From NCBI GenBank assembly GCA_964570465.1, contig CAZMYG010000002.1, forward strand, positions 1-63,639: a stretch of DNA of 63,639 nt, in the 5' to 3' direction. The stretch comes from an uncultured Planctomycetales bacterium (GTDB lineage Bacteria > Planctomycetota > UBA1135 > CAZMYG01). Positions 62,192 through 63,639 of this stretch are shown here, one piece after another (positions within the stretch are counted from its first letter, which is position 1; the number at the start of each line of letters is the position of its first letter). The notes below the pieces were generated by a model. The model saw nothing but the letters and a program-made list of their open reading frames with translations. It ran no database searches and was not told where the DNA came from. Position numbers and translations under genes: made by a program.

Positions 62192-62863
62192 ATGAAGCTT
62201 CAAACAATACCAAAGAGCTATGGTTTGTTAGCGCTTTTGGCGTTAGGGCTGCTTTCTTGTGCGGTCGGCCCGATTCGCAAAGTTCGTAGTTATAAAACGG
62301 CGGATCTTGCCAGCTACGACCTGCGCAGAATTGTCGTGATGCCGTTTCGAAACGAAACGGCGGCGGATTCTTCACAGGTTTCAAAGCCCGTGACCGGAGC
62401 GTTCTTGGAGGAAATGCGCAAAGACACGCCGTTTGAGATTTTGGAATTGCCCGAAGAAACCGCACGCGAGATCAATCCAGGAGATCCAACACGACGCGGC
62501 GAATATCGGCTCGATGGCATTATCGCAGCTGCAAAACAGTATCGTGCCGACGCGATCATTTTTGGGACCGTAACTGCCTATAAGCCTTACTATCCCCAAG
62601 TTCTCGGCGTACGGGCCGAGATGGTTTCTACCGAAACGGGTTCGGTTCTCTGGTCGGTCGATGCCTACTTTGATGCCAAAGATGTGAGCGTGGAGAATGC
62701 TGCCCGCATCTATTACGAAGACGAATCTTCGCATTACAGCGACACGGAAGACTGGAATGTGATCTTTAACGCCCCATCCCGATTTACCAATTTCGTTGCT
62801 GCGCGTTGTGTGGATGCTTTCTGGCAGAAGGAGAAACCCCCGAAACGTCGCCCTTGGTATTAA
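62192..62863 (+). CDS. Lipoprotein with a TolB-N/LpoB/CsgG-like VVMPF...DAIIFG pattern
   Basis: Lipobox LLALGLLSC. The pattern RIVVMPFRNET...LDGIIAAAKQYRADAIIFGTVTAY...VRAEMVSTETGSVLWS recalls the small alpha/beta lipoprotein folds seen in FlgO/FlgT-N/LpoB-type proteins. This is judged by eye only. Confidence 0.55.
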   Translation: MKLQTIPKSYGLLALLALGLLSCAVGPIRKVRSYKTADLASYDLRRIVVMPFRNETAADSSQVSKPVTGAFLEEMRKDTPFEILELPEETAREINPGDPTRRGEYRLDGIIAAAKQYRADAIIFGTVTAYKPYYPQVLGVRAEMVSTETGSVLWSVDAYFDAKDVSVENAARIYYEDESSHYSDTEDWNVIFNAPSRFTNFVAARCVDAFWQKEKPPKRRPWY

Positions 62864-62880
62864 TTGCAACTTCGTATGTT

Positions 62881-62908
62881 TAAAGTTATTTAGGCCTTTT
62901 TCCGATAA
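62881..62908 (+). promoter_or_regulatory. Near-consensus sigma-28 promoter TAAAGTTA-N12-TCCGATAA
   Basis: Compared with the consensus TAAAGTTT-N11-GCCGATAA, the -35 matches 7/8, the -10 matches 7/8, and the spacer is 1 nt longer. It lies 32 nt upstream of the TTG start at 62940. Confidence 0.55.
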
Positions 62909-62939
62909 ATCCAAAGCCTCCTGGGCGAAGGGAGTAGTC

Positions 62940-63639
62940 TTGGAAACTTTGGAAAAAACATCATCAGGGCGTGAATTGGACATTACGAAGATCGGCCATT
63001 TGCCGACCATCCCGCGAATTTTCGAACGCGTGTGTCTCGTAACCAATAACGCCAATTCTTCGATTGCCGACATGACTAAGGCCATCGAAATCGATCAAGC
63101 CATTGCGGCAAAGGCGTTGCAGATCGCGAACTCCGCCGCGTTTGGACTCTACTCGCGAGTTAGCAGTTTGCATCATGCCTGCGCCTTATTGGGCATGCGA
63201 ATGGTGAAGAATATCGTTCTTCACACAAGCTTGATCTCTCATTACGAGAAGCTGCGACGTTTACCCGAATTCGATCTCGATCATTTTTGGCGGCATACCA
63301 TGTTGGTGGCGGCTCTTTCTAGGGCTCTGGCCAAGCGAGCAACATTAATCCCTGGGTTTACAAACGAAGATGCTTATACCGCGGGATTGCTGCATGACAT
63401 TGGAGTTTTGGTTTTAGTTGATAATCGAACCAAGCAATACATCGAGGCATTGCATCGTGCGCAAGAGAAGGGAATTAGTAATTGGGAGGCGGAGTTGGAA
63501 GTGTTTGGTTTTGATCACACTCATGTAGGCTCTTTGCTTGCAGAGTATTGGAAATTTCCTGAGGAAATTTGTGCGGGTATTCGAGGGCATCACGCCCCAC
63601 CTGCAGGAGATCCAAAAGAGTCCGTTGCGTTGTTGGTAT
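62940..63639 (+). CDS. HDOD domain protein (5' part; continues past the window)
   Basis: Not in the track because there is no stop codon. My translation from TTG 62940 (SD GGGAG 6 nt upstream) reads LETLEKTSSGRELDITKIGHLPTIPRIFERVCLVTNNANSSIADMTKAIEIDQAIAAKALQIANSAAFGL...GLLHDIGVLVL...FGFDHTHVGSLLAEYWKFPEEICAGIRGHH. These are canonical HDOD blocks. Confidence 0.8.
   Translation, partial: METLEKTSSGRELDITKIGHLPTIPRIFERVCLVTNNANSSIADMTKAIEIDQAIAAKALQIANSAAFGLYSRVSSLHHACALLGMRMVKNIVLHTSLISHYEKLRRLPEFDLDHFWRHTMLVAALSRALAKRATLIPGFTNEDAYTAGLLHDIGVLVLVDNRTKQYIEALHRAQEKGISNWEAELEVFGFDHTHVGSLLAEYWKFPEEICAGIRGHHAPPAGDPKESVALLV

Noticed and set aside
62381-63085. 234-aa minus-strand ORF spanning the lipoprotein gene, the intergenic region and the HDOD start
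   Set aside because: It would run across a near-consensus sigma-28 promoter and two plus-strand genes that have clear lipobox and HDOD signatures.

Overview
This is a gene-dense 63.6-kb bacterial window forming a flagellar and glycosylation super-locus. I saw no rRNA, tRNA, CRISPR array, transposase or integrase. All domain calls come from reading motifs in the supplied translations; no HMM or BLAST search was run.

Layout:
- (i) 1-9.1 kb: sugar-nucleotide genes. These are a GNAT/PseG-like fusion, a formyltransferase, a LuxC-like/LuxE-like/AMP-ligase acyl-activation cassette, a PseB-like dehydratase, an SDR epimerase and Gmd.
- (ii) 9.1-19.7 kb: three tandem paralogous giant GT4 (+TPR) glycosyltransferases, followed by one GT4 and one GT9 enzyme.
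- (iii) 19.7-36.6 kb: one minus-strand, translationally coupled array of about 22 genes. Its order is a sigma-54 activator, a REC-RsbW-like ATPase, three TPR/coiled-coil envelope proteins, a soluble histidine kinase, a second sigma-54 response regulator, then flgBC-fliEFGHIJ, two membrane proteins, and fliLMN.
- (iv) 36.6-43.4 kb: a regulatory region, a short flagellin, then flaG-fliD-fliS, a FliT-like ORF, an FG-GAP/dockerin protein and an OM beta-barrel protein.
- (v) 43.4-51.8 kb: TPR-linked GT9-like and GT2 glycosyltransferases, internally duplicated, co-oriented with an HDOD-GAF-GGDEF cyclase.
- (vi) 51.9-63.6 kb: two small ORFs (one FlgM-like and below the track threshold), a good sigma-54 promoter, fliOPQR-flhBAFG, a small ORF, fliA, four accessory ORFs (two are lipoproteins), a near-consensus sigma-28 promoter and a partial HDOD gene.

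Most noteworthy observations:
- A perfect 50-bp inverted repeat sits symmetrically around a 65-nt tail-to-tail overlap of two convergent TPR-GT paralogs.
- An uncharacterised REC-kinase plus periplasmic TPR/STN-like module is embedded between the two sigma-54 regulators.
- An FG-GAP/dockerin protein is coupled to the fliS/FliT-like chaperone genes.
- There is an unusually large set of TPR-tethered glycosyltransferases next to a single minimal flagellin.
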